64,000 nt of DNA, taken from Paraspadella gotoi. Lineage: Eukaryota; Animalia; Chaetognatha. The translations under genes were made by a program, and so were the position numbers. How positions within the stretch are numbered: position 1 is the stretch's first letter; each line of letters begins with the position of its first letter. The stretch is from NCBI GenBank assembly GCA_051294375.1, contig CM119265.1, positions 26,139,748-26,203,747 of the forward strand, written 5' to 3'. A model generated the notes under the pieces. The model made no database searches. It was not told the origin of the DNA and saw nothing but the letters and a program-made list of their open reading frames with translations. This document shows, one piece after another, positions 40,653 to 52,818 of the stretch.

Positions 40653-43600
40653 GAATGATTATAAAGTTATTGAATATTTTTCAAAAATCATTTTATTAAT
40701 TGATGATTTGACTTTCAGCGTAAACATTTTATTTATTATAGGAAAGTATAAATACGAAGGGAGTCAGATAAAATTGCCTTAATATTTAAATTTAAATGAT
40801 TCAAGTTTAAAATATTTTTTTTTACGGCTGATATATAAAAACAAATCTTTCATTGGATAAACGAGCATTATTGCCTCCAGACAAACTTTAAAAATTGAAA
40901 TATTGAAGTCGAAATTTTAACTATTTAATCAGTCGACGATTTAACCAACCGTTACTATTACTAATTTACTAAAATATAAATACTTTATCAAAGACAAAGA
41001 GAACACTTGAATTTTGTTTTGTCAGTTATGTGGCGTTGCCTCTTTCTCTTCATGTTTATGCGATCGGTCGCCGTCGCAAACTACCTTGCTCTCGTCATCA
41101 GCTCAAATGAACTGTTTAACGCCGGAAGGTCAGACCTAACCCTGATCCTTCTGAGATGGTCAGTTAAAATCTTTCAAGGGACAGTCTGCCCAATAATTGG
41201 TTAGGAAGATCAGGCCAATCTTTTTTTTGGAAGGTCAGCCAATATTTGATGGGGAAGATCGGGAAGATCAGCTAATTAATATATGTTACTGTAAGCCCAA
41301 TATCGACGACAAGTAAGCCCCAATAATCAAGTATTTTAAACTCAAGTTTTGTGAGAAAGGTGAGCCCAATCTTCGAGGTAAGGGTTCGGCCCAATCTTTG
41401 GTTGGGCTCTCTTTTCCAAGAACGCCCCATTTCTGTTCCTGCATCCTGGAATTTAATTTTATCCTCAATATTTAGCTTATAACCCTACCCATAACCCTTA
41501 TCCCTAACTATAATCTCGAATCTTAACCTAATCCTAAACCCTAATCTTAAACCCTTATTCCCTAATCTCTAACCATACTTATTAACATTAATTACTAACC
41601 TAATCACTAACCCTAACCTTTTCCTTAATTTTTAACTGAAAAAAAAATTAATTCTAAATTTGCGATGGAATGGTAGGGTATTGCACAAAAATGTTAAAAA
41701 TACCTTTTTTCTTCATTCGATGATTTAAACCTTATATTAAGCCTTACGAAGTGTACTTTAATCATTAATTGGCAGTTTGTTTTTTTAAATATGAGAATTA
41801 CGCCAACTGATTGACGTCAATTTGTAGTTACCTTCCTGCCTCGTTACTGCTGTCAAGGATATTCAACTAAAATTTTTAAAAACGCTTTTTTCTAATTAAG
41901 AATATATTGTAGTATTGCATTCAGCTTTGATTTCTTTTTTTACATTTTTGTTGGCGCTGGTGGCGTAAAAACTACGCCAAAATGTATTATTTTCTATTTA
42001 AATATGTGGCGTTAATGATTTTTCCAATGAAATTTTTAAAATTTATCAAGTTAAATAATTGTAAATGTTATATATTTAAATTTGAAAAAAAACTGTGGCG
42101 TAAAATGGCGTGAAAGGAAGGTAAAACCGTTTAATATGATATCATGATGTTGCGTAAAGACTTTCTGATTATTTTCTCTCGTAAAAGCTATTCAGTTAAG
42201 TGGTTTTAAAGATTTATCCGGCATTTTTTATACTGATGTGGCGTAGAATGGCGTAAAATAATCAAGAAACCATATAACTACTATTTAATTTTGTGGCGTA
42301 AATGCTTTTAGTTTATTTTCTAATAAAAACTATTCAGTTAAGTTGCGTTAAAGATTTATTCACCCTTTTTTTATACAAGTGTGGCGTAGAATGGCGTAAA
42401 AAATCAGAAAACCATATAAATATCATTTTATTTTGTGCGTGAAAACTTTTTTTCATTTTCCAGATAAAACTATTAAGTTAACATGCACTGGCATAGAATG
42501 GCGTAAATTGACGTAAAACTGCGCCACTTAATCCCTCATCTCTTTCCTTTTCCTCCCTTTTCTTTTGCCTTTTATTTTTATACAATCTCCGATTCTATTT
42601 TTCGGTTTTATTTCTTTAAAATCATAGAAAAACCAAATACCGAAAATAAATCTCAAATCCTACATAAAAAGAAAAAAGAAACACCACGTAAAAGCCAGTG
42701 GACCAATTTTACTAAAAGTATCAGAAATTGTGGATCCACAATGGGTCTTTAGGTTTATGTTTGAAATTGGTTAAAAATAAAAACTATAATAAAGTAATTA
42801 CCCATTATAATAATTACAGGTATCAAGTATATTTAACAAAGGAGGAATGATTGTAAATAGAAAAAAGGCACGATAAATCTTAAGATCATAATAAATATAT
42901 TATATCAGTTTCATACATATTGATGATTCATAGGCCTTAATATACAGTAGGAAAGATTATATAAAATGACTATCGCCAGAACTGCTGCTGGCGCATTTTT
43001 GCGCTTCATTTTTGGGAATTAACAATGATCAATTTGTTGAAAGAAAATACATTTGCATCTCCTGTAACCAGAGGTTTTGCGAGGAAAGCCTAGTTTTTGC
43101 ACTACAATAACAAGAAATATTGCTTTCTGTACTATTTAATATTTTTATTATTTAAAATATTCTTTTTCGATTTTTTGTTAGACTTACACTTGCCCTACCT
43201 ATATTCAAAAAATAAAAATTTTTCTTTTCAGTATTTTCCATACAGTAAAATATTTCAAAAAGCCTTGTTTTTTGGTATCAAATCCCCTATTATTTTTTCG
43301 GCCGATAGAGAAATAAAAATTTCGTCGAATACAGCTAATCCCTAGGAATGGGTCGATCTGGGAAAATAAAGCCCGCTTTCCTCTTTCAGACACGTGAATA
43401 TGAATGTTGCTGGAATCATCGAACTTCCGGTGCCGCTTTTCTGTATTTTCCTAGAGAGAAAATTTGATCGACGCACCTTCGTTTCCATTATGTTTTTTCT
43501 ATGCGGTAAATTTAGTAATAAATATATCTGTAATAAATATTATTTCTAATAATTTGTAATAAATATCCCTCTGTCTGCGATTACCGATTGTTGGTTAGAT

Positions 43601-46600
43601 ATTTTTCTAACACATCATTTTTAATAATTCCATCGTTCCTTTTATTTTATAGAAATAAAAATAAAAATAATAATAATTTAATATTATTGTATGTTTATAT
43701 CTTATTTTTTTCTTTCTATTTTATAATAATAATTTAATATAATTGTATGTTTATATCTTATCTCTTTTCTTGTATTTTATAATAATAATTTAAAATAATT
43801 GTATGCTTATATCATATCTCTTTCCTTGTATTTTATAATAATAATTTAATATAATTGTATGTTTATATATTATCTCTTTCCTTGTATTTTATAATAATAC
43901 TTTAGGAGAAAAAAAAATTTATTTGTTTTTATCAACGAATTGTTTTTTTTGATAAAAACAAATAAATTGTTTTTTTTCTCCTAAATTTCAAAACGCAACG
44001 AAATTGATAGTTTATACACAATATAATAATACTTTAATATAATTGTATGCTTATATCTTATCTCTTTTCTCATAAAATTTTTAATATTCAGACAAATTCA
44101 ATTAATTTTTTATTCTTTTTTTAGCTACTTTTATTTGTAAGGTAAGCTTAAACTTTAAATTTTGAGACAAACCTAAAATTGTAGCTTTGTACAGAAAAAA
44201 ATAAAAATTTGCAATTTAGTAAAAAATACTTTCTAATGTAAAAATAAAATAATGGATTATATAAATATTTAGGTAGGATCAACTAAATTTTTTTGGATAA
44301 TTAATAAAATTTTGTTTCCGCTACAATAAGAGATAGGAATTTTTTTCGCCACTTTCCCTTGAAAAAAAAATTAATAACTATCACCATTCAAATTCTTTTG
44401 ATGATAGACCCTTAAGCTTATGATATCATTTTTATCACTGGGTCCCCTTAAAACTAGCAAAAACTATAAAAACTATGGTACGACGATGATGTTTTTCCAT
44501 TATTTGACCCACTTATCATCGAAATATTGAAAAACGCACTATACTTTGTGTAGACAACTTTTTATGGGCTATCTGAATCCGTTCTTAAAAAATAAATTTT
44601 TTATAAAAAAATTTTTTTATTGCCTATGCATTAATAAATATTTAAACGCTTTAATGTTATACTGTGCTTCACTAGTTAAAAAAGTGATATTAAATATTGA
44701 TTAAGTATATGATTGACAAATGAATTTTATATCACAGAACTCTTAATGATAAAAAGTCATCAATTTTGGCCCTCCTTATTGCTCAATGCTAATTTCCGCC
44801 AACCAACTTCCCCTCGCCTTTAGCCTAAGAGAAGAGACGCATCATTTTTATTTTGTTTCATTTCTCTCTTCATTCCTTTCATTTTCCCCGCAGCGATACC
44901 CTACCTCGCGATGGGTCTCTGGTTATTCGCAATGGAGACGATTCCACCCTCAGCTCATTACATTTTCTTTCTTTGGGCCAAATTGTCGTTGACGACTGTT
45001 GTCATCATTGTGAACGTCTACTGCAACGAGGTTGTTGCGGTCGTCGTCGTCGTCGTCGTCGTTGTTATTGGTGCTGTCGTTGGTGTTGTTGTTGCAGTCG
45101 TTGTTGTGATGATTAAATTTTAATGTAAACATATTTTTCAATGCTCTTTAAGTAAAAGTTTTCTTTAAACACTTTATTTGGTTGTTAGCTTAATGAAATT
45201 GGTGCAGCCATAATGAAAATTAACATTTTATTAAATAAATAAGCTATCTTTTTTGATTGATGGTTGTCCTTAAAAAAAAAGGAAAAGGAAAGGAAAAGTA
45301 AAGGAAAAGAAAAGGAATACAGTTAAATCTGGGAATGGAAAGGAAAAGACAAAGACAAAGTTGGGACCCAAGCCGATGGATCAAAAATAACTGTTACCTC
45401 GTCCCGAAACTAATTCTCGTTCCAATTCCTCTCAGACTTTTCCCACCCATGTCCGTGCGAGATTCTTGGGATACTGCGTGGCTTCAGCACGAAGCATCTC
45501 CATCGTCTCCGCGTTCATGTTGAGTCGCGAATAAATTTTAAAATGTTAATTTGAAAATTGGTGTGGCCTGAATGAGTTGCCCACTTGAAATCTTTTAATG
45601 CACTGTTTTCAAAAACAGCTCCATCTCATATCAACAATCTTTAACCGTAACAGTGTAGAAAAATATGATTATTAAAACTTAATCCCAATATAATCTTACC
45701 TCTATCTTTAACCCGATTTAAAAACCATTTGCTAACACTAATAATTAACCCTAATCCCTAACCTTGATCCTAATTCCACACCCTAATCATTAACCTTAAT
45801 TCATAGCATAATCACTCACCAAAATTGTAATTCTAATCCTTAAATAAATATAAAATAATATAATATATAATAATAATATATAATATAATATAATATTATA
45901 AATCGACTGTCTAATCTCTCCTCCCAAATTGAGGCCGGTCGTTTTTCAAAAGCAAATGAAGTGGGTCGTCACTGTCTTTGGGTCTTTGGCTGCAGTCTGC
46001 GCTGTACTGGTCTGGTTACTGCCTGAGGTAGGTTAGGTAGAAGAGAGTAATTTGGTAGGCTGCAACGGTTTTTTGCTGAACATTCTTTAAAAGTATTTTA
46101 GCAAATAGACATAATTAAAACGATGATCCCTTTGTTAATTTTTAATCGATCGTATTGCTTTGTCAACAGACGAAAGGGAAAAAATTGCCGCAAACTTCAT
46201 CCGATTTGCAGACGATTCATCACGAGACCAAAACTTTTAAAGAGACCATCAGGTTTATGATTCGGAACAATGTGATTTGGAAAAATCATTTCAATCATTT
46301 GAGCGAGTTAAACTTCGTAAATTTGTACAATTTAAGCCCCCAAATTAATAAATGAAAGCTTTCAATCAAGACTTTCTCACAGTCTCTTTATTCATTCCCG
46401 GAGCACCTGGCTTCTCTATCAATGAAGGGGTATAATTTTTCAAAGAATGTTTCAATTGTAAGAAACGACAACTCCGTTAAGTATTAGATCGTTGAATACT
46501 ATATTGTACTCCGCCCTGCATCAAAATACAAGGAACTGAATTTTATGAAATCGGCACAATTTATTGATTCTTTGTTTTTTTTTAAACTATATTAATTAAC

Positions 46601-46772
46601 TTTTTTTCTATTAATTTACTTCTTTTTAGACCGGTGAAGTCAAAACAAGGAATGAGCGGTAAAGGAGGTAATATTTCTTTTCTTCAAATCAGTGATTTTA
46701 TCAAATATTTAAGAAATATTGTTCTTTTGTTCAACTATCGCAGGAGCCGGCGAGTTGGGTTTCGAGAAATAG
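32701..46772 (+). CDS. SLC22-like organic cation/anion transporter (MFS), ~628 aa, ~17 exons
   Basis: Phase-consistent exons 32701-32866, 33258-33450, 34207-34358, 34451-34582, 34657-34773, 39501-39664, 39767-39884, 40088-40141, 40453-40560, 41026-41128, 43390-43505, 44894-45030, 45436-45518, 45934-46027, 46170-46252, 46630-46667 and 46744-46772. Motifs: Cys-rich loop after TM1, DDIGRK, LRF, IELTAPHLR, PESLRWL, IIELP, NE/TFPTHVR, LLPE/TKGKKLP. The central-loop exons and the last two exons are less certain. Confidence 0.9.
33689..34033. mobile_element. MITE with terminal inverted repeats and degenerate (TTAGGG)-like interior
   Basis: Left end ggccttattttttccaaaacgccccattt; right end aaatggagcgtttttgaaaaaagcgagccc; interior ggattagggttaaag-type repeats. 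Confidence 0.75.
34940..35180 (-). mobile_element. Degenerate copy of the tRNA-headed SINE at 39175
   Basis: Minus strand aagccatcaattcactaccattggctacaagattaaatc…gactgccctaagctgccttgggag…gttagggaagtcgtcttc aligns collinearly with 39200-39385. Confidence 0.7.
37855..38290. repeat. (GTTCCGTTTC)n satellite
   Basis: 5/10-bp periodic repeat that generates spurious FRSVS/FVPFR ORFs. A hAT-like end (…gcagcccta) lies downstream at ~38983. Confidence 0.92.
39175..39415 (+). mobile_element. tRNA-derived SINE-like element
   Basis: A-box-like ggtggctccttgag, B-box gggttcaatccc and a tRNA-Met-like ctcat loop, followed by a structured body. A second copy lies at 34940-35180. Confidence 0.75.
39255..39342 (+). 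ncRNA. Twister-like ribozyme motif, type-P5 permutation, inside SINE
   Basis: P4 element CCTG-GT-TC-CAA-GC-C-CAGG, upstream GAG-GA and TAA-GCC-GC, 8-bp P3 hairpin, closing helix CTGTGGGA/TTCCATAG. P1 and P2 are imperfect. Confidence 0.5.
40225..40377 (-). mobile_element. Second tRNA-headed SINE-like element with structured body
   Basis: Minus strand has acceptor-like stem GCGGCCA/TGGTCGC, A-box tggtgcgggagg and B-box ggttctaacc. The anticodon and T stems are broken. The body is closed by AGCAGTT/GACTGCT. Confidence 0.6.
41404..41700. mobile_element. MITE of the same family as 33689-34033, opposite orientation
   Basis: End gggctctcttttccaagaacgccccatttctgttcc followed by a (CCCTAA)-like interior; the far end is degenerate. 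Confidence 0.65.
42170..42520. repeat. ~142-bp tandem repeat (~2.5 units) rich in TGGCGTA motifs
   Basis: ctattcagttaag at ~42188 and ~42330, partial at ~42470; tggcgtagaatggcgtaaa recurs. Confidence 0.8.
43660..44070. repeat. 56-bp AT-rich tandem repeat interrupted by a hairpin insertion
   Basis: ttttataataataatttaatataattgtatgtttatatcttatctcttttcttgta recurs with 56-bp period. Confidence 0.85.
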
Positions 46773-47574
46773 AGGGCACCAAAGTGTAAACAAAATTAAT
46801 AATTTATTTTTATCTTGTAGTCGTCATTTTAGTAATTGAAAAAAAAAAACAAAAAAACAAAACAAACAAACCAACAAACAACTGATCAGTCATATTTTAG
46901 TAATTAAAAAATTGAGAACTTTATATAGTTGCTATTTTTGAAAATGTTATCTCTCAATAACAAAAAGAAAGAAGTAAATAAAAATTGTCTGGGCTCTTTT
47001 TTTAATCTTTTTTAAATTTTATCAATCTTTTTTTAATCTTTTTTTTTAATCTATCACTTTACTCAGGCCTTAGATACAATATCCTTCCTTTCCCTTTCTC
47101 GTTTCGAGGCGGTCACCTCGGTCCCTTTTCCCGAGGGTTTGGGTCACTTTGTCACTTTGACCTTAAATCAGACTGGTCATTGGTCAAGCAATAGGACCGA
47201 GGAGACCGGAAGGTTAGACGATACCAAAAAAAAGTTTATCAAATTAGTATAACCATTGGTTATTAACCAATTTTATTGTATTCGATTGCATAATGACTCG
47301 GTATTTTTTGCGACTGTGACCGATACAGTTGTTAATGTATATTGGGTCTTGTGACTCTTGTCATGTCAAGTGTTGGCAGTTGTCATTTCGTGGCCTGTCA
47401 TGAGGTGTGTCAACTTGTCACGTTCTTCCTCGTCGCATTTGATTTGACCTTTTGTGTCACGTGATATCGAAACGAATTTCGATCAAATGAATCGTTAACA
47501 TCTAAGACGAAAGGAGGAAAGGAAAGAAAAAAGAAAGAAAAAGGAAAGAGAAAAAAAAAGGAAGAAAAGAAATA

Positions 47575-47614
<40 letters not shown>

Positions 47615-48836
47615 AAAGATTAAGAATATTATAACGGTTAGAATCATTTCCGGACTTTCTCTTCACATTTTTGGCCTCTTTCCCCATCGTTTTCGGCCCT
47701 CTTTACCCAATAATTTTGACCTTATCATTTTTCGGACTATTTCCCCAATATTTTTAGAAGAAAGAGGCATGGGGCATAGAGAGGCATGGGGACATTGGGG
47801 AGGCATGGGGAGGTATGGGGCATGAGAGAGGCAAGGGGAGAAGCGGCTGGATGAAAAATAAATGGGTCGAGATGGAACGATAAGATTTTGAGGTAAGTTG
47901 TTACAAGAGATGAAGAGGTTTTGGTAAGTTTGGTTTAAGCGGCTTTGAGGGGAACAAGCGAACTGAATCGACTGATTGATTAAATATAGTATTTTTTTTT
48001 CTCTCGAAAGGTTGAGATAGAGGTAAGTCACAACATGTGAAAAGGAAAGTCATTTGTCGGTGAAGAGGTCATTTACCAGAGAAGGCCCTTCATCGCCATC
48101 GGGCGCTGGGGGGGCGAGGGGGGGGAACGAGGTTTTTGTCGAAAAAGTCGTTGACAAATGATCGTTTTTCGTCTCAAAAGGTGAAGAGATTCGGACGGAA
48201 AGAAAGAGGGAATGAGGGAAGGAGAGAAAGAATGATGGAGAGGAATGAAAGAAAAAGAGATAAAGAATTAAGGAATGAGGGAAGGAAGGAAAGATTGAGA
48301 AATAGAAAATAAGAATAAAAAAAAAAAGATAATTATCAAATTGTTTGAAAGAATCATGTATCGAGAATAGAGGAAAATTATTAATAAATTAAAAAGTGAA
48401 TAAAGAATGTTTAGTTTCGAAGTTACGAGAGAAAGAAGATTAATATTTTAACTTCTACTGTCTACTTACTTCAATAATTACTTAATAATAGATAATAATT
48501 AGTTAATTTTGCACGGAACGTTTATTATATTGTAAAATTTCGTAAACTTTTCTTTTGAGAGAGATGAAGAGCCAGGGACGGGAGTCGGGACGATCACCCA
48601 GCGCAGGAAGGCAGAAGCTAAACTTGCTGCGCGCCGAACCCTTTGTGTGTGTGCGTGCTTTAAATTTGAAATACGTTTACTTAATTTATCACCCATTCTA
48701 CCCTTTACCTTGTTTTACCATGCCTTTCCCTCCCCTGCCCTCCGTCATTAAAAGCAAAAAATCCGTTCGATTCTCTTTCGCTTTGAAAATCTCATCAAAT
48801 TCAATTCCATTTCTTTGACAATTCAATTTATACAAT

Positions 48837-48927
48837 GAAATTGGTACAACCAATATAAAAATTATCCATTCATTTAATAAATAAGCTATCTTGCCCCTGA
48901 CTTTGGACAGGCTTTGGTGGTTTAAGG
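48837..48927 (-). repeat. ~90-bp dispersed repeat (other copies 50602-50692 +, 10590-10653 +, fragment ~54077-54097)
   Basis: Shared core agtcaggggcaagata(a/g)cttatttattaaatgaatg…ttgtaccaattt. Confidence 0.85.
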
Positions 48928-49092
48928 CCTCCATATAATTTATATCATAATCTATCAATCTAAATCAAACGATCTCTCTAAACATATCATAATCTATCTT
49001 CTAATGTTTCTCTCATGGAATCATTGTTATTTGTTTACAATGTATTTGTTTACAATGTTTAATAACCTAACTTACCAAACTTGACTCTCGTT

Positions 49093-49210
<118 letters not shown>

Positions 49211-49698
49211 TTTATATATGTGACATATATCTCTTTATTCTCTCCACCAAGAGAAAATCAATTAGAAATAAAAAGGAACAACAGCAGACCAATGGAGAGG
49301 AAAAAATTAGAAAGAAAAGAAACATAGAAAAAATGACAAAGATAAAAAAGAAAAAAAAAAAGAAAGAATACAGAGTGGTACGACAAAAGTAAAAATCAAA
49401 ATGTCTTCGTTTTAACGGGAAAAGTAAAAGTCGATTAGCGAAAAAGAAAAATAATTAATACAATCCGAAAAAAAAGAAAAATAAAAAGAAAAAAAGGTGA
49501 GAAATTCGTTTTTCAAAACAGAAAAAAGTAATAAATGAATAAATAAATAAAAATAGATAAATAAATAAAAGATGAGATGGAAAATGAAGGAAAGATGAAA
49601 AAATTAGTAGAAACGGAATAAAAGAGTGTGTGCAAGTATTTAGGATTTTAAGGTAATTAAGTAATTAAATAACTATATTCGAGAATGAGAGGGGTAAC

Positions 49699-49775
<77 letters not shown>

Positions 49776-50126
49776 AATACAAAGAGAGATGATAATTGTT
49801 GTTTTTCCTGGATTCGCATACGATATTTATGAGAGACAAGAGGAGGGAATACGACAAGGAAAGCACGAAGATAAAGCTGATGGTAAGACAGATCAAGACA
49901 GAAAGAGAGAAAGGACAGAAAGACTGAAACCAGGAAACGTGCCTCACAACCTGGAAAAGCACGAGCGCGAAGAATGAACAAATAAAAATGGGTAAAAGTG
50001 AAAAATGAAAAACGGCGGAAACGAAAGGCTGCGGCGCCGGTGGCAGCGTCGGTGGCGGCTGCGGCGCAGGAGACGGCTGCGGCAGCGGTGGCGGAAGTAG
50101 CAGAGACGCCGGATTCTTAGGTGCAC

Positions 50127-50170
<44 letters not shown>

Positions 50171-50601
50171 CATTTTTTTTTACAAAAATAGATTGAAAAT
50201 TCGTCGAGATCCAAATTTTTTTTTCATTTTCCATTTTTCTGATTAACTTTCGTTTCTCGGCTCTGAATTTTCGTTAAAACGTCCTTTGCTTTTTAAAAGT
50301 TGGTAAATATAACGTTATGTTTCCATATTCGCTCTTAGTTATCGACTTTTGAAATTAATTCATTCTGGAATCAGCGCAAAGAGTCGATCAATATTGACTT
50401 TCATTGACATTATTATTATTATTATTACTCTTACCTGTCGTCCGTCCAGAAGTTGGCGGGAAAGAAAAGCAGAAAAAATAATTACATTATTACAAAATGA
50501 TTACAAGCTTTCAATGAGTATGTCGCCCATCTTTAATACTGGGATTTATGTAAAACCAACGCTCCGTTTTATACAACATTAAATAATACATATTACATAA
50601 A

Positions 50602-50692
50602 CCTTAAACCACCAAAGTCTGTCTAAAGTCAGGGGCAAGATAACTTATTTATTAAATGAATGGATAATTTTTATATTGGTTGTACCAATTTC
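50602..50692 (+). repeat. ~90-bp dispersed repeat, inverted relative to 48837-48927
   Basis: Near reverse complement of 48837-48927. Confidence 0.85.
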
Positions 50693-51797
50693 TTAATATA
50701 TTCAAAAAACAAAAGCTACTCTAAAATCCCAGATAGACATTTGACAATACTTGTTTTACCAAGATAAAAAAGATACGACGAACGTGACGACGACGAAGGA
50801 CTGGATTATGCATTTAATTAAAACATTCAATTGTCCTTCATCTTCTAACGCCACCTCTCACCTTTTACTCGTGGCGGTCGCGAAATTAAGTTTATCGTAA
50901 CAAGCCACTGGATATAATACTATAATATTATTAATCGCCACGTCTTGTGGCGTCGGCTACAACACGGCGATACTTCTCTTGGCGTTTCGGTTTGGACCGA
51001 AAAGAGTTGTCGACTGACTTTGACCGAGTATCAAACTAAAGTTGCCCTCTGACAATCGAGGTAATTGATTACGAGTTCGTTCTTTTGACAATTGGAGAAC
51101 TAATTTGCCCTCTCTTCGAAGAATTATATGTACATATTTGTACAATTTTTTATTTAAGTAAAGACGATCCTTGATTATAAAAAACTTCTATTAAAAACTT
51201 CCCCGTCTCTCTACCCACCGGCCGCATTTAAAAACTTCAAACGAAGCGGGAACGTCATGGGCAGATGTCGCCGACGCGTTGACCGCAGGAAGACGAATCA
51301 AGGACAACTTTGAACCTCATTATCTTCAGTTCCGCATTTGGTCGTCGTCTTCGTCGAAAAGCGCCGAGCGAGCAAATACGTCGGGGAGTGAAATTCCGAA
51401 GAGAAAACGAGTATTTAAACCAGAGCCTGTAACTTACAGTGTAAGGACTGAGAGAATCACACTAATGCGAACTAATTAAATCTAACTTAACTTTTATTTT
51501 AAATTCATGCGATCGGTTATTACTATTAATTTTTTACAAATACTCTCTCCCTCCGTTCTTCGTCAATTAATACGTAAACGCTCCTTAGTTGTAAAAAAAA
51601 GTTACACGAGCTTTTAAAAATGTAATAGTCTAATAATCTTTAACTAACTATCATTACTGGAACTAGATAAGAGAACGCTCAAAAACCATCCACACAAAAA
51701 GAAACTTTTATTGGCGAAAAAAAAAAGATCAAGTTTCGTTCACATAAAATCCAAGTAAACATCTCTGTCTCTTGTCTGAGCGCCGACGCAAACAGTT

Positions 51798-52818
51798 TTA
51801 GACGATCAAAAAAGTGTCTTCCTCCGGAATATAATTCAGGATTGCAAGTTGAAGATAAAGTGTGATGAGAAAGATCATGAGGAGCGGCGTGCGCCAGATT
51901 ATCTGGAAGATGATATCTGCAAAAGAAAAAAAATAGAAAAAGGTCGTGGTCAGTTGGAGGAATCAGCTGGATGAAAACAGTCTTTCTTTAGTTAAGGCTT
52001 TCAGGTAATTTATTTTACGTTTATTTTAAAAAGAAAAAAATATCAAAAAATCTTTAAAAATGATTATCTAACACTACGGTAAAAAAAGTCGAGTAAAATA
52101 AAATGACGAAAAAGGGGAAAAAACTTTTTTTAAAAGAAAAAGAACTCTTAATGAATATTACATGTAATCTTCGACATTATATCTCACCAGCCCGGTGCGC
52201 TCTCGTGTGCACCTTCTTCCTTCGCTCCTCGGCTCTTTTCAATTGCTCCACCAGAAATTCCGGTGTGCTGGAGCTGATGTTGACGACGCCGCTTCGCTGG
52301 GGCATCGCCATAGAAGGCTTGGTCCAGGCCTGCGTCGAAAAAAAAAAATAAATCTAACCGAAAATCAAAACAGAACTAACAAAAATGGGTACGTAATTAA
52401 CAATATCAGTTATTATCAGTAATTAAGTGAACACGAATTAAACCTCAAATTGTTAACTAACCGAAAAGCTATTTTTTCCAGTTTCCATTAGGCGAGAAGT
52501 CGCAGTCTGGTCTCTTTTGACAACACTGAGGAATTGTAAGATAACTATTAAAAATATCAAACGAAATTCCCGTTTTCACCTAGATGCACCTATTTAAGAT
52601 TTACAATAAATCACAATATTCTAACTTATTTTAAATTAATAAAGGATGAACTGGTATCTTTTAACACCGAACCACGCTTTATATATATATATATATATAT
52701 ATATATTAAGGCATTCTATAACTCACCACCGATTGACGAGAGAAGTCGCGGCCCATGGAAAACGAAGTCCGCGGCTTAGATTAGCGGCGCCGAAGCGGCA
52801 CAGAGCGCCGGTTGACAT
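51798..52818 (-). CDS. Small (138 aa) putative mitochondrial single-pass membrane protein, 4 exons; weakly COX7A-like
   Basis: Exons 52818-52727, 52525-52462, 52329-52188 and 51916-51798; all introns GT-AG and phase-matched. N-terminus MSTGALCRFGAANLSRGLRFPWAATSLVNR is Arg/Ala/Leu-rich with no acidic residues. C-terminal hydrophobic stretch; AATAAA at ~51710 on the minus strand. Confidence 0.75.
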
